Source: Candidatus Latescibacterota bacterium (GTDB lineage: Bacteria; Latescibacterota; UBA2968; UBA8231). From it: 64,000 bases of DNA. The stretch is from the NCBI GenBank assembly GCA_965206595.1, contig OZ242214.1, forward strand, positions 6,624,001 through 6,688,000, given 5' to 3'. This document shows positions 30,164 through 39,439 of the stretch, one piece after another. Numbering within the stretch: position 1 is the first letter of the stretch; every line of letters starts with the position of its first letter. Position numbers and translations under genes: made by a program. The notes below the pieces were generated by a model. It was given only the letters and a program-made list of their open reading frames with translations, was not told the DNA's origin and made no database searches.

Positions 30164-31002
30164 CGAGAACCTCCGTTTCTGGGTCCGGCCGCCATCACCA
30201 CCACGTCGACGGTGGCGAAAATCTGGGCGCTCTCCCACACCGCGTCCGCCCCGGGGTAGCCCGGAACGACGAGCAGCTCGACCAGGGCGTGCCGCTGCGT
30301 CGGCAATCCGATCGCGCGCGCGAAGGCGGTGATCTGGGAACGGGAACCTGAAGCCCAGAACTTCCCCCTTTTCCGCAGAAGGGAATCGCCGAGCCCCTGC
30401 TCCGCCACCGCGTCTGCATTTACACCGCGCAGTCCGGCTGCCAGCGCCCGCTCCTCCACCTGCTCGAACAGCAGCGTCCCCTCGGCCGCGGTAACCGCCG
30501 GCAGCGGAATACCGCCGAACCCCCTCAGCCTGCCCTGGAAGGCGAAGCGATACTGGTCTTCCCCCGCACTCCGGTCACACCGGTACGACAGGCTCGCCTC
30601 CGCCGGCAGCCCCTTCAGGGTATCGAGAATGCTCTGCAGGCTCTCTACCTGGTCTGCCCGGCAGGACCCTTCCAGGTGATATCCGCCCCCGGCGTCGGCC
30701 GCCAGCGAAGTCAGCCGCAGCGGCGGCGGCAGCTGATTCCCCAGGCGCAGGATACGCAGACATGCGCTAGTCCCCCGCGGTCTCTCGAGGGCGACGGAAA
30801 CGGGCGCCTCTTCGGGCGCCGGCTCGTGCCCGACCGGCTGTAGCTTTCCCGACAAGGTGGCGTGCAAGTCTCGAAAAAAGGGCAAGGGCCCCCCTCCCGC
30901 CGGCAGAAAAACGATCAACCCCACGCCCAGGGAGGGCCCGGACAAGGCGGCGATCAGCAACCAGCGCAGGCGATGGGATGGGCGCAGCTCTACGCGTATC
31001 AT
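30160..31002 (-). CDS. hypothetical bitopic membrane protein (possibly PilN/PilO-like)
   Basis: Begins MIRVELRP, then one TM and LPPPLRLTSL..YHLEG; follows a pilM-like gene; stop overlaps the coaD start. Confidence 0.45.
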   Translation of the reverse strand: MIRVELRPSHRLRWLLIAALSGPSLGVGLIVFLPAGGGPLPFFRDLHATLSGKLQPVGHEPAPEEAPVSVALERPRGTSACLRILRLGNQLPPPLRLTSLAADAGGGYHLEGSCRADQVESLQSILDTLKGLPAEASLSYRCDRSAGEDQYRFAFQGRLRGFGGIPLPAVTAAEGTLLFEQVEERALAAGLRGVNADAVAEQGLGDSLLRKRGKFWASGSRSQITAFARAIGLPTQRHALVELLVVPGYPGADAVWESAQIFATVDVVVMAAGPRNGGSR

Positions 31003-31233
31003 GACGGAGAAACCAGGGTTCTGTCCCGGAAAATTGATTGAAAAATCCGGACGCCGACACACCCGGCCCGCATCGCGCCTGGGCGGGTCGCACCGGGGAC
31101 GTACGGCAAGAGAGCATTGCCGCCAGCCGGGATCGAGGGAAAATTTCGCACCGATTAACTGTTTGGATTGAACCGCGATTTTCCCCTCAAGGACAGCGGC
31201 GTCCGGATTCACGCGGAATTGCGCGCGCAGGCA

Positions 31234-32202
31234 CTAGGCCTCGGACAGCCCTCGAAAGGCGAGACCGGCCGCGGTTGCGAAAGCGAACGGGTCGTCCACC
31301 TCGTCCATCCCCGTGGTGTCGACGTTGGCAAACGGGTCGAGCGCCTTGCTGCCCAGGGACAGTCTGGTCTCGACCTCCTGGCTCCACCCGTCGAGAGCCT
31401 CTCTGCCCGAGAGCCAGACCCGGTCCGGCTCCTCGCCTCCCAGCTCGAGATCCATCATCCTGCGCAGCGATACCGACAACAGCCCCCCCCTGGACGGGTC
31501 CGCGGCCGCGGTTGCCTGCCCATCCCCCTTCCGAGTGTCGAGGGCCCCTTGCCCGTAGGGAGCATAGCGGCCGTCCCAGTTGCAACCCTCGACCGCCAGC
31601 AGTTCCCCGCGATCGAGCAGAATCATGGTGACCCGGTCCCCGGCAAAATCCAGAACCAGGTCGATCCCGACCGTCGACGATGCCCCGCACGACTCGGCGG
31701 CGTTGCACAACGCCAAGGCGGCGACATCCACCCTGGGCCGGGAAATACCGGCACCGCGGCAGATCGCCGCCACCTCCTCGATTCCCTCGCGGCGCACGGC
31801 CACGACGAAGGCGGCCCTCGTCGTCGTGAAACAATCGAGGGTGTAGGAGCGGATGTCGTCTGACAGGAACTGCCGTGCCTCCCATTCGAGCTGGTCCCGG
31901 TTTTTCGAATCCTTGCGGTAGAAGAGCGGTGTCTGCTTGAGGTGCACGGCCCCGTAACGGAGGGTCGCGTACGGATTCTCGAAGCGCATACCGCGCTGGT
32001 TGCGCGCCTTCCTGAGTGCGGCGGTGAGCCCGGTGCGCAGCCAAGAATTGGTAGGACCGCCGACGCTTGCGAAGGCATCCAGATCGACGCGCACGCTCCC
32101 GGCGAGCGCCGTCCTCCCGCGCGCCCGGGTCAACTCAACCGCGTACAACCCCCGGTCATCGAAGTGGATGCCGGTGGCTCGCTTTTGCCATGGCCGCAGC
32201 AT
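31234..32202 (-). CDS. PilM-like pilus assembly protein
   Basis: TGIHFDD..YAVEL, EWEARQFL, VDVAALALCN, VWLSG, LDPFANV and FATAAGLAFRG match PilM family blocks. Confidence 0.7.
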   Translation of the reverse strand: MLRPWQKRATGIHFDDRGLYAVELTRARGRTALAGSVRVDLDAFASVGGPTNSWLRTGLTAALRKARNQRGMRFENPYATLRYGAVHLKQTPLFYRKDSKNRDQLEWEARQFLSDDIRSYTLDCFTTTRAAFVVAVRREGIEEVAAICRGAGISRPRVDVAALALCNAAESCGASSTVGIDLVLDFAGDRVTMILLDRGELLAVEGCNWDGRYAPYGQGALDTRKGDGQATAAADPSRGGLLSVSLRRMMDLELGGEEPDRVWLSGREALDGWSQEVETRLSLGSKALDPFANVDTTGMDEVDDPFAFATAAGLAFRGLSEA

Positions 32203-32206
32203 GTCT

Positions 32207-32593
32207 TCAGTTCAGGGTGACTGCCGGACGGATCTTTTCGAGTGTTGCGGGGCCGATGCCCTTGACCTCCAGAAGATCCTCCAGCCTGGAAAAAGGCCCA
32301 TTCTGTTCCCGGAAGCTGAGAATGCGCGCCGCGGTCTTCGGCCCTATCGAGGGAAGCGTCTGCAGCTGCGCCGCAGTCGCCGAGTTGACGGCGACCGGTA
32401 CCACCGGTTCGGGGGGCGGAGGCGGGTCGCGATCGGCGGCAGGGGGCTCGGCCGGCACCTCTACCGCCCCTTCGATCACGTGGAACTCCTCCATCGCTTC
32501 TGGATCGTAGCGGTCGACGACGGCTACGCCGGTGCCGAGCAGGAGCGCTGCCGACAGGAACAGCAGCGCGGTCTGCTCCTGCCGGTTGAACAT
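32207..32593 (-). CDS. comEA: ComEA family helix-hairpin-helix DNA-binding protein
   Basis: N-terminal TM; VNSATAAQLQTLPSIGPKTAARI..GPFSRLEDLLEVKGIG. Alternative start at 32650. Confidence 0.9.
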   Translation of the reverse strand: MFNRQEQTALLFLSAALLLGTGVAVVDRYDPEAMEEFHVIEGAVEVPAEPPAADRDPPPPPEPVVPVAVNSATAAQLQTLPSIGPKTAARILSFREQNGPFSRLEDLLEVKGIGPATLEKIRPAVTLN

Positions 32594-32655
32594 CGAAGAT
32601 ACCGGTTGCAGAAGTCGGGTCAAACCTGTCCACACGCCCCTGGTGACCATCGCCG

Positions 32656-35600
32656 TCAGCGGAAAGTCAGCACGCCGGAGACCTTCACCTCGTGCACCTT
32701 GCGCAACTGCTCTCTGCGGTTGTCGCGGCTGTAGTCCAGGCGCACGACGCCGTTGCCCCGGAAGGTGTCGCTGAAGCGGTAGGTCCCCTTCAGTTCCGCT
32801 TTCCATTCATCCTTTGACTCGAGGGGCACAGGTTCTTCCAAGCCGGTGGCGCTCGATCTTTTCTTCGAGCCGCGCTCGACCTCGAAGGCGAGATCGACCT
32901 CGCTCTTAAGTTTGCCGAAGAGCGGCAGCTCCCCAGGCCTCAGCCGGTACTTCACCTCGAGGCTGGTCGACCTCCGCTCGCTCGTCCCGCTACCGCGCAC
33001 GGGGGGCCTCTGGCCGGCCTCGGCATCCGCGGAGAGCTCGTAGTTGGTTTCGTCGGACAGGGAACGCGTCACGCCGATGCGGGTGCTCGGACCCCAGCGC
33101 CACTGTCCGGTCCAGTTCAGGCGCATCTCGTCCGTCGTTTCCTCGCTCAGCAGGTTGTGCGGAAGCAGGGAGTTGTTCCCCTCGTCGGTAACCCCGCCGT
33201 CGATGGAGGCGCTCACCTGGGCGCTGTTGAGGAACCTCTTGATGTAGGGAATTCGGTCCGCCCGGCCCCAGCTGATGGTGAAGCTGGGAAAGGTTTCCTC
33301 GCGGCGAACCCGCATCCGGTTGCGGGTGCTGCCGCTACGGCGCGAGGTCTGGTCCTTGAAATTGGTTTTGACGCTGAACCCCATCGGCAGCTTGACCCCG
33401 GTCGACAACTCGAGGTTCTCGTTGCGGCTGTCCTGATCCTGCGTGGTCAACCCCGAGGCGGCGCGCCGCCTCTCGAGGCTGTCGGCGAGCCCGAGCTGGT
33501 ACGAGAATGCCGGGCGTCCGACGAGGTTGTAGTTTCGCGTCTCCCCGCTACGGCGCCAGTTGGCGCTCAATGGGTCGACGCGGCCCCCGGCGAAATGCAG
33601 GAACCGGCGCAGGAAGAACGGCTGCCGGTCCGCCCCCCTCTTCTCGGGGCTGCTCGTATTCACATCCCCCTCTCTTTTCTTCCTGGAGCTCCTGCTCGGC
33701 TTCACCCCCGGCTTGCCCACCGCCTTCATCAGCTGCCCGAGGCGCAGGTTCACGCGGCCGGAAATATTGTTCTTGGTCGTAATGTCGATCGTTTTGACCG
33801 GGAGTCCGGTGACCGTGTCGATGACCGCCTGCGCCTGCCTTCTCCTCGGATCGTTGATCTCCTCGTAGTTGGCCAGGAAGGTATAACTCTGGTCGAGCCA
33901 TTTCAGGAACCTGAGGGTCAGCTTGACGTCCGCTTTCTGGTTTCGCCTGACCTCGCGGCCGAAGCTCATCCTCCTGAGGTCGTACTTCTTGCGCAGGTCG
34001 CGATTGATCTGGAGGCTATAGTCCCCGGACAGCACTTTCAGCGGATTGGCCTTGGCGGTGTAGGTTTCCCTCATCGCGAACTCTTCCTGGAAGGTCGTAT
34101 CGATGTTCGAGCGCTGCAGGGTCACCGACTCCCTGTGGTTGACGGACATCGAATAGTTTGCGGTCGTCGGCAGGAAGCGCAGCTCGAATTTCGACCACGA
34201 GTCCGGCGCGAACCCCGGGAGCCAGGCGAGAAACCGGAACGAGGGTTTCGGCAGGGGCATCTTGTAGCCGAAGCTGAGGTTCTGGTTGTCCCTGTTTTCC
34301 AGCGGACGGATCGGGGAGAAACCGCGCTCCCGGGTCTGCGATATGCGGAAGTTCATCTGGTCGACCGACCAGCGAGTGAGCCAGTTCTTGCTCGAGCGTT
34401 TGCTGATCGAGATCTCGTAGAGCTCCTTGGCCCGGCGCGACTTCTGCTCCTGCTTTTCCTGAGGGTTCAGCTCGACGTCGGAGTTGGGACCGAAGCGGGG
34501 CAGGCTCTGGTTGCGCGAGTAGGTCGCCTTGACCGGGATGGAAAAACCCCAGCTCCCCGGTAGGAACTTGTGGAGGTTGGTCGTGGTGTTGAGCGCCGTC
34601 CGGAAGTCGGATTGCTTGCGGCCGGTATTGGTGATCGTGCGAAAGTTCTCCCCCTGCCAGTCGACCGAGGCCTCGACGTTGACCAAGTCGGCCAGCGAGC
34701 TGTTGACGCGGGCATAGGCCGCCAGTCCGGGATCGTTGCGCGCCTCGTCCAGGCGCAGCTCGTCTGTGAACAGCCGCCCCGAGTAGCTGCGCAGGGCGCT
34801 GCGGTTGCGCACCCCGATGGCCAGTTGCCTGATCTGCTGCAGCGACGGACTGCCGCGCACGCGATAGGTCGCAGGGGTGCCGTCGCGGAGATCCGGATCG
34901 ACGATCACGGTGTCGATTTCGGTTACCGGATTTCCCAGCTCGTCTGTGCGGCCCTCCTCCAGCAGCGCCTTCAGCTGCGCCATCTGCAGCAGGTCGACGT
35001 CGACCTCGTTGCGCTCGTCCCAGCCCGGGAAGATCGGCATGGCGAACTCGTAGTAGTTGGAGCCGTCCCGCCCGAAGCGCACGAACAGCTCGATCTCGCT
35101 CGAGTCGACGTCGACGAGATAGGTCCCGGAGGAGTCGCCGTGGGCGAACATTTTCAGGCGCGTGTACTTCGTGTAGTCCGCCTTGCCCGACAGCACCTTG
35201 GTGGCCACCGCCTGGTGCCCCGCTTCGAGGTCGCCGTACTCCAGAACCAGGGATTGCTCCCGCTCCCTCGCCCTCGAGCTGCGCAGGCGCCGAACCTTGA
35301 CCCCCGGTGGAGGTTTGTAGGTCAGGCTTTCGTCGGTGCCGATCACGGTTACGTTGAAGCTCTCCTCGCTGTCCGGTTCGATCGGCATGCCGCCTGGCAG
35401 CACCGCAATCTCCTGTTCCTGCCAGTCGTTGCGGATGATCTCGATCTTGGCGATCTCCACCTTGATGGTGGTTTCCCCGGGCGCAGGCGAGCCGCCGGCA
35501 AGGGTCAGGCGCCCGTACTCGACGCGGCTGGAGTCGGGCGAACCGACGCGTTCGACCCTTTCGTCGAACAGCGCCCTTCTGTAGAGACGCCAGCCCGCCG

Positions 35601-38600
35601 GACTTTCGGAACCCGGGACATGCCCGCCGTCGGACAGATCGATGACGTGGTGGTAGTAGTCGTTGCTGCGGTTTAGAATGCCGTCGTTGTTGAGGTCCTC
35701 GGTGTCGGGACGCGTCCCGGCTTCGGTGTTGCGGTTGCCCTCGGTACCGTTTATGCGGCTGTAGTCGTCGCGGTTGCGGCTCGAGTCGTAGCGCCAGTTG
35801 TCTCCCTCCGGATCGCCCGGGTCGCGGTCTTCGTACTGGGGCAGGGCCCTGAACTGAACCCGCATCTCTTCAGCTGTCAGTCCCTCCGTACCGACTCCGG
35901 CCGCGGCGAGGTAGAAAGCGAGCTCCCCGGTATCGTCGCGGCCGTCGATGCCGACGTCCTCATCCTTCGAGACCACGTTGTCCCCGGATCTGCTTCCCGC
36001 GTACGGGACGTCTTCGGTGTCGAGAACGCCGTTCTCGATCCAGTCCTCGTCGATCGAACCCAGATCGATGTGCAGCACCCCCTCGGTGCCGCGCACCCAG
36101 ACCTCGAGAAACTTGCTCTGCGAGAAGTCGCGCACCCCCGTCGACCAAGTCGTCATCAGGCCGTCCCAGGACTCGGGAACCCCGTCGAGGGGCGTCAGCT
36201 CCATCACCAGCACGTCGGTCTTGTTCTGGCTGGCTTCGACCTGCTCCTCCTGCCGCGGCCAGATCTCGGTGAGGGCGATCCTGTTGAAGGGGTTGTACCA
36301 GATCATCCTGCCGCGGTCCTCGCCGTCGAAGCCCAACGGCCGGCTCGACGGCGTCCAGTTTCTGCGGAATACACGGAATTCCTCCGGCCTTTCGCTGCCC
36401 TCGAAGTCGTCGATGTAGCCGCGCCCCTTGGTGTTCAGGTTGGGACGACTCTGGGCGACCTCGGCGTGGAAGGACAGGTCGGACTTCGCCGCGGTCTTCA
36501 GCATCGGCAGGGCGTCGACCGCCCGGGTCAGCAGCGGGGCGTCGAACTTCGCCTTGAAGTCGAGATCCCAAACCACGGTGCGCGCCGGCTCGGCGCCGAC
36601 GCGGACGCGGGGCTCGGCGCTGCGAACGTTGTTGTAGAGGATCGTTCCGCCCACGGTCGCGTCCCCGCCCATGAATTCGTACTCCCCCCGCGTGCCAAGC
36701 AGGGTTTTCTGCTGGCTACCAAGGCCGAGCAGGTCCTGCGACTCGTAGCTGATTTCCAGCTCTGCCCCGGGGTCGGCAACGATGTTCTGCACCTCGCCGA
36801 GGAAGGTTACGTCCCCGGTGAAAGACACGGTGTAATCGATGTCGCGCTGCAGCCTTTTCCCGTTGAGGCGCACCTGCACCGACTCGGTGGCGATGCCGGC
36901 GAGGCGCCCCTGGGTAAGGCTGATGCGCTGCTCGCCGGAGCTGTTAACGACCTGAATCAGGAAGCGGCTCACCTCTTCCTGGTCGCGGCGCTGGTGCGAG
37001 TTGTAGATCTTGGGCACCGGATTCTTGAGCGCGGAGAAGCGCTGATCGCTGGGGGCGAACGGGGTCAGGTCCGGGAAAATCAGCACCCCCCTGCTCTCGT
37101 CGAGACCTATGTAGTCGGCGTCGATCAGCTGATCGGGAGGAGTTCCCGAGTCCTGACCGTGCGAGTCGAGGCCCATGATCTGCAGCAGCGACTTCCTGCC
37201 CTGGGAAGGGGAAGGCTCACGCCCCGGCACCTCCTCGAGGATCTCGACGCGAATCTTGTCCCTTTCGAACTGGCGCCCCCGGGAAAAGCCGCGAACGATG
37301 CGGTAGACGTTCTTCCACTCGAGATCCCAGGTCGGAAAGTCGGGGCGGGCATTGCGCGCCTTTATCAGCCTGAGCTGCAGCTGATCGCCTCCGCCGCCGA
37401 ACTCCTCGCCACCAACGGTGCGGTACCTGACGGCGAGGGCGTAGCGATCCTGCACTGGGCGGTTGAGGATGATGAAGCCGAACTCGCGCACCAGGGAGTA
37501 GTCGTTGTCGGGATCGAGCCTGTGCCAGGTTCCCTCTTCGCGACACCCGGTTCGATCGACAGCACCGCTGGCGTCGAAGCACTCGATGCGCGAGCCGCCG
37601 GCCGCGGCCAGCTGCGCGTCCTGGGCGTCGACGGCCGCCACCCCCTGCTTGGCCAGGAGCTCGGCGTCGTTGTTGATGTTGAAGTCGTTTATGTAGACCT
37701 CGAGGCTGGCCTCGTCGATGATGTCGGCCTGGACCAGGCCGCGAGGCTGGGTCGAGGCCACCTCGCGAAAGTCGCCGAGCCGGTCGCGATAGCGCATTCC
37801 CAGGTAGAAATAGGTGTTGCGGATGTAGTCGTGGTCCCTCACCGTGAAGGTGTCGACCTGAGCCCCGCCCCGGAAGGTGCGCCTGTTGCTCTCGCTTTTC
37901 TCATGGCTGGCGATGGTCGTGAACGCCATCGGCCCCAGGCGCCCCTTGGCGCGGATTCCGAACAGCCCCTTGTGCTGCTGGTTGAAGGTCACGAAGCGGG
38001 TCTGCGGCAGGGCCAGGGTGGTGTTGCCGGCGACGACCTCCTGGAAGATGTCGTCCTCGTCCCCCTTGAAGTCGAGCTTGATCTCGTTGGCGAGCTTGTC
38101 CTTGAAGCCGGTGGTGAACCCCTGGCCGAGCTGCTGCGTGTCCTGATCAATGCGCACGTTGATCGCCTCGCCGACACTGCCTTCGACGGAGAATTTCGAT
38201 TCCTGCTCCATCGCCAGAGACGGAAACTTGGACGACCCTCCGGCGCGGGTGAACTCCTCCCCCGCGGTCCACTGGCTCTTTCCTGCCAGGGTAGCCGTAT
38301 GACTGCCGTTGATCCTCAGGCTGCCCTCGTCCCCGATGAAGCGGCGCACCGGCGCCGGAGCGGGGAAGGGGACCCTCCACTCGAAGCGCCCTCGCTGCCC
38401 TGCCTGGCGGGCGGCGGTCACCTTCTGGTTGCGGCGCACGGTCTCCCGCCACCTGGTTCTCAGAGTGTGGTCATACCCCAGGTCGAGGTAGTCATCGAGA
38501 GAAAGGGTCACCGGGGGCCCGCTGGGAAAGCCGGCCGCCTGCGGGGAGTAGTGAACGCCGTTGGAGTCGACGGTGACCTCTTTCATGTCAAAGGACATCG

Positions 38601-38829
38601 CCGATTCCAGCATCGGCTTCTTCCAGCGCCAGCGAAGCAGGGGCTGGCCCGGGCGCGTGATATCGCCGTATTCGAGAGGCTGGTGAAAAAGCTGTGCTAC
38701 TGGTCCGACCAGAGGCTGGCCACGCAACCCGACCTCGGCTGCGGACACCTGAACACACAGGGTGCACGCGAAGAAGCCCAGGAACCCGAACCGGGCCCTC
38801 TTCTCGGTGAATCGAGATCTGATGCTCAA
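32656..38829 (-). CDS. sprA: SprA/Sov-like giant outer-membrane translocon (T9SS-type)
   Basis: 2057 aa with signal peptide; EVVAGNTTL, GLFGIR, WDLEWKNVY, GYIDDFEG, HIDLGSIDED, EDVGIDG, PDTEDLNNDG and DELRL blocks; beta-strand C-terminus. Confidence 0.85.
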   Translation of the reverse strand: MSIRSRFTEKRARFGFLGFFACTLCVQVSAAEVGLRGQPLVGPVAQLFHQPLEYGDITRPGQPLLRWRWKKPMLESAMSFDMKEVTVDSNGVHYSPQAAGFPSGPPVTLSLDDYLDLGYDHTLRTRWRETVRRNQKVTAARQAGQRGRFEWRVPFPAPAPVRRFIGDEGSLRINGSHTATLAGKSQWTAGEEFTRAGGSSKFPSLAMEQESKFSVEGSVGEAINVRIDQDTQQLGQGFTTGFKDKLANEIKLDFKGDEDDIFQEVVAGNTTLALPQTRFVTFNQQHKGLFGIRAKGRLGPMAFTTIASHEKSESNRRTFRGGAQVDTFTVRDHDYIRNTYFYLGMRYRDRLGDFREVASTQPRGLVQADIIDEASLEVYINDFNINNDAELLAKQGVAAVDAQDAQLAAAGGSRIECFDASGAVDRTGCREEGTWHRLDPDNDYSLVREFGFIILNRPVQDRYALAVRYRTVGGEEFGGGGDQLQLRLIKARNARPDFPTWDLEWKNVYRIVRGFSRGRQFERDKIRVEILEEVPGREPSPSQGRKSLLQIMGLDSHGQDSGTPPDQLIDADYIGLDESRGVLIFPDLTPFAPSDQRFSALKNPVPKIYNSHQRRDQEEVSRFLIQVVNSSGEQRISLTQGRLAGIATESVQVRLNGKRLQRDIDYTVSFTGDVTFLGEVQNIVADPGAELEISYESQDLLGLGSQQKTLLGTRGEYEFMGGDATVGGTILYNNVRSAEPRVRVGAEPARTVVWDLDFKAKFDAPLLTRAVDALPMLKTAAKSDLSFHAEVAQSRPNLNTKGRGYIDDFEGSERPEEFRVFRRNWTPSSRPLGFDGEDRGRMIWYNPFNRIALTEIWPRQEEQVEASQNKTDVLVMELTPLDGVPESWDGLMTTWSTGVRDFSQSKFLEVWVRGTEGVLHIDLGSIDEDWIENGVLDTEDVPYAGSRSGDNVVSKDEDVGIDGRDDTGELAFYLAAAGVGTEGLTAEEMRVQFRALPQYEDRDPGDPEGDNWRYDSSRNRDDYSRINGTEGNRNTEAGTRPDTEDLNNDGILNRSNDYYHHVIDLSDGGHVPGSESPAGWRLYRRALFDERVERVGSPDSSRVEYGRLTLAGGSPAPGETTIKVEIAKIEIIRNDWQEQEIAVLPGGMPIEPDSEESFNVTVIGTDESLTYKPPPGVKVRRLRSSRAREREQSLVLEYGDLEAGHQAVATKVLSGKADYTKYTRLKMFAHGDSSGTYLVDVDSSEIELFVRFGRDGSNYYEFAMPIFPGWDERNEVDVDLLQMAQLKALLEEGRTDELGNPVTEIDTVIVDPDLRDGTPATYRVRGSPSLQQIRQLAIGVRNRSALRSYSGRLFTDELRLDEARNDPGLAAYARVNSSLADLVNVEASVDWQGENFRTITNTGRKQSDFRTALNTTTNLHKFLPGSWGFSIPVKATYSRNQSLPRFGPNSDVELNPQEKQEQKSRRAKELYEISISKRSSKNWLTRWSVDQMNFRISQTRERGFSPIRPLENRDNQNLSFGYKMPLPKPSFRFLAWLPGFAPDSWSKFELRFLPTTANYSMSVNHRESVTLQRSNIDTTFQEEFAMRETYTAKANPLKVLSGDYSLQINRDLRKKYDLRRMSFGREVRRNQKADVKLTLRFLKWLDQSYTFLANYEEINDPRRRQAQAVIDTVTGLPVKTIDITTKNNISGRVNLRLGQLMKAVGKPGVKPSRSSRKKREGDVNTSSPEKRGADRQPFFLRRFLHFAGGRVDPLSANWRRSGETRNYNLVGRPAFSYQLGLADSLERRRAASGLTTQDQDSRNENLELSTGVKLPMGFSVKTNFKDQTSRRSGSTRNRMRVRREETFPSFTISWGRADRIPYIKRFLNSAQVSASIDGGVTDEGNNSLLPHNLLSEETTDEMRLNWTGQWRWGPSTRIGVTRSLSDETNYELSADAEAGQRPPVRGSGTSERRSTSLEVKYRLRPGELPLFGKLKSEVDLAFEVERGSKKRSSATGLEEPVPLESKDEWKAELKGTYRFSDTFRGNGVVRLDYSRDNRREQLRKVHEVKVSGVLTFR

Positions 38830-38995
38830 GACGAATTCCGTTCACGGCACGGATGTACAGCAAGGATCGTACCGCGAGTGTCGTGCATGGTCCTTCGTAA
38901 ACCGGGGTGATGGCTTGGGGCATGTCCGGAAAATCCGCCCGCATGCGGGTGAGCCCGCAAGGGCCTTGCCCAGGCCGAACGGATCGCCGGAAAGG

Positions 38996-39150
38996 CTCTG
39001 GAGTCCTGGAGCTTGTCCTCCCGCTTCAGCGGCGCCCGCGTCGCTGAGCAGGTCCTACATACGTTCGCTATGGAGCGATAAGCGGACTCCAGAGATGGGC
39101 GGGTTCAGTTGGGGAAACCGTAGAGACAAGCCTTCCACGCGGGACCGTGG
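38996..39150 (-). ncRNA. candidate structured RNA in the sprA leader (family unknown)
   Basis: Complementary pairs: GCTTGTC/GACAAGC (39011/39125), CCCGC/GCGGG (39020/39099), TCAGCG/CGCTGA (39026/39042) and an 11-bp CTCTGGAGTCC/GGACTCCAGAG (38996/39084). Confidence 0.45.
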
Positions 39151-39171
39151 GGTGGAGTTAAATCTTTAATA

Positions 39172-39201
39172 AACATAGCATAAAGGCTTAGATTACATCA
39201 A
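39172..39201 (-). promoter_or_regulatory. putative sigma70 promoter for the sprA operon
   Basis: TTGATG-18 nt-TATGTT with an extended TG, in an AT-rich patch. Confidence 0.5.
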
Positions 39202-39439
39202 GCAGAGCCGCCTTCCGCGGCAGCGGGGACCGAGGTCGGCCAAGGTCGGCATCGAGGATGGGTCGGGCGGTCTCCGGGCCGATTGCGCGCTCCGCGCCGT
39301 TCCTTCCTGGATCGGAACGGGCCTTCCCGGGCCCGGCGGAACGTTTCGCTGCCCTCCCCGCGTCCCGAGATGGCGACGTTTCCGCTATTACACGGGGAGT
39401 GTCCCTATATATTCACGCACGGAAAGCCGGGCGGTTCCC

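Noticed and set aside
36070-38910. 946-aa plus-strand ORF
   Set aside because: Antisense shadow of sprA.
39001-39146. Assignment as 6S RNA, or as a glycine, ZTP or c-di-AMP riboswitch
   Set aside because: Only fragments of the consensus motifs are present and the bubble is one-sided; left as an unassigned structured RNA.
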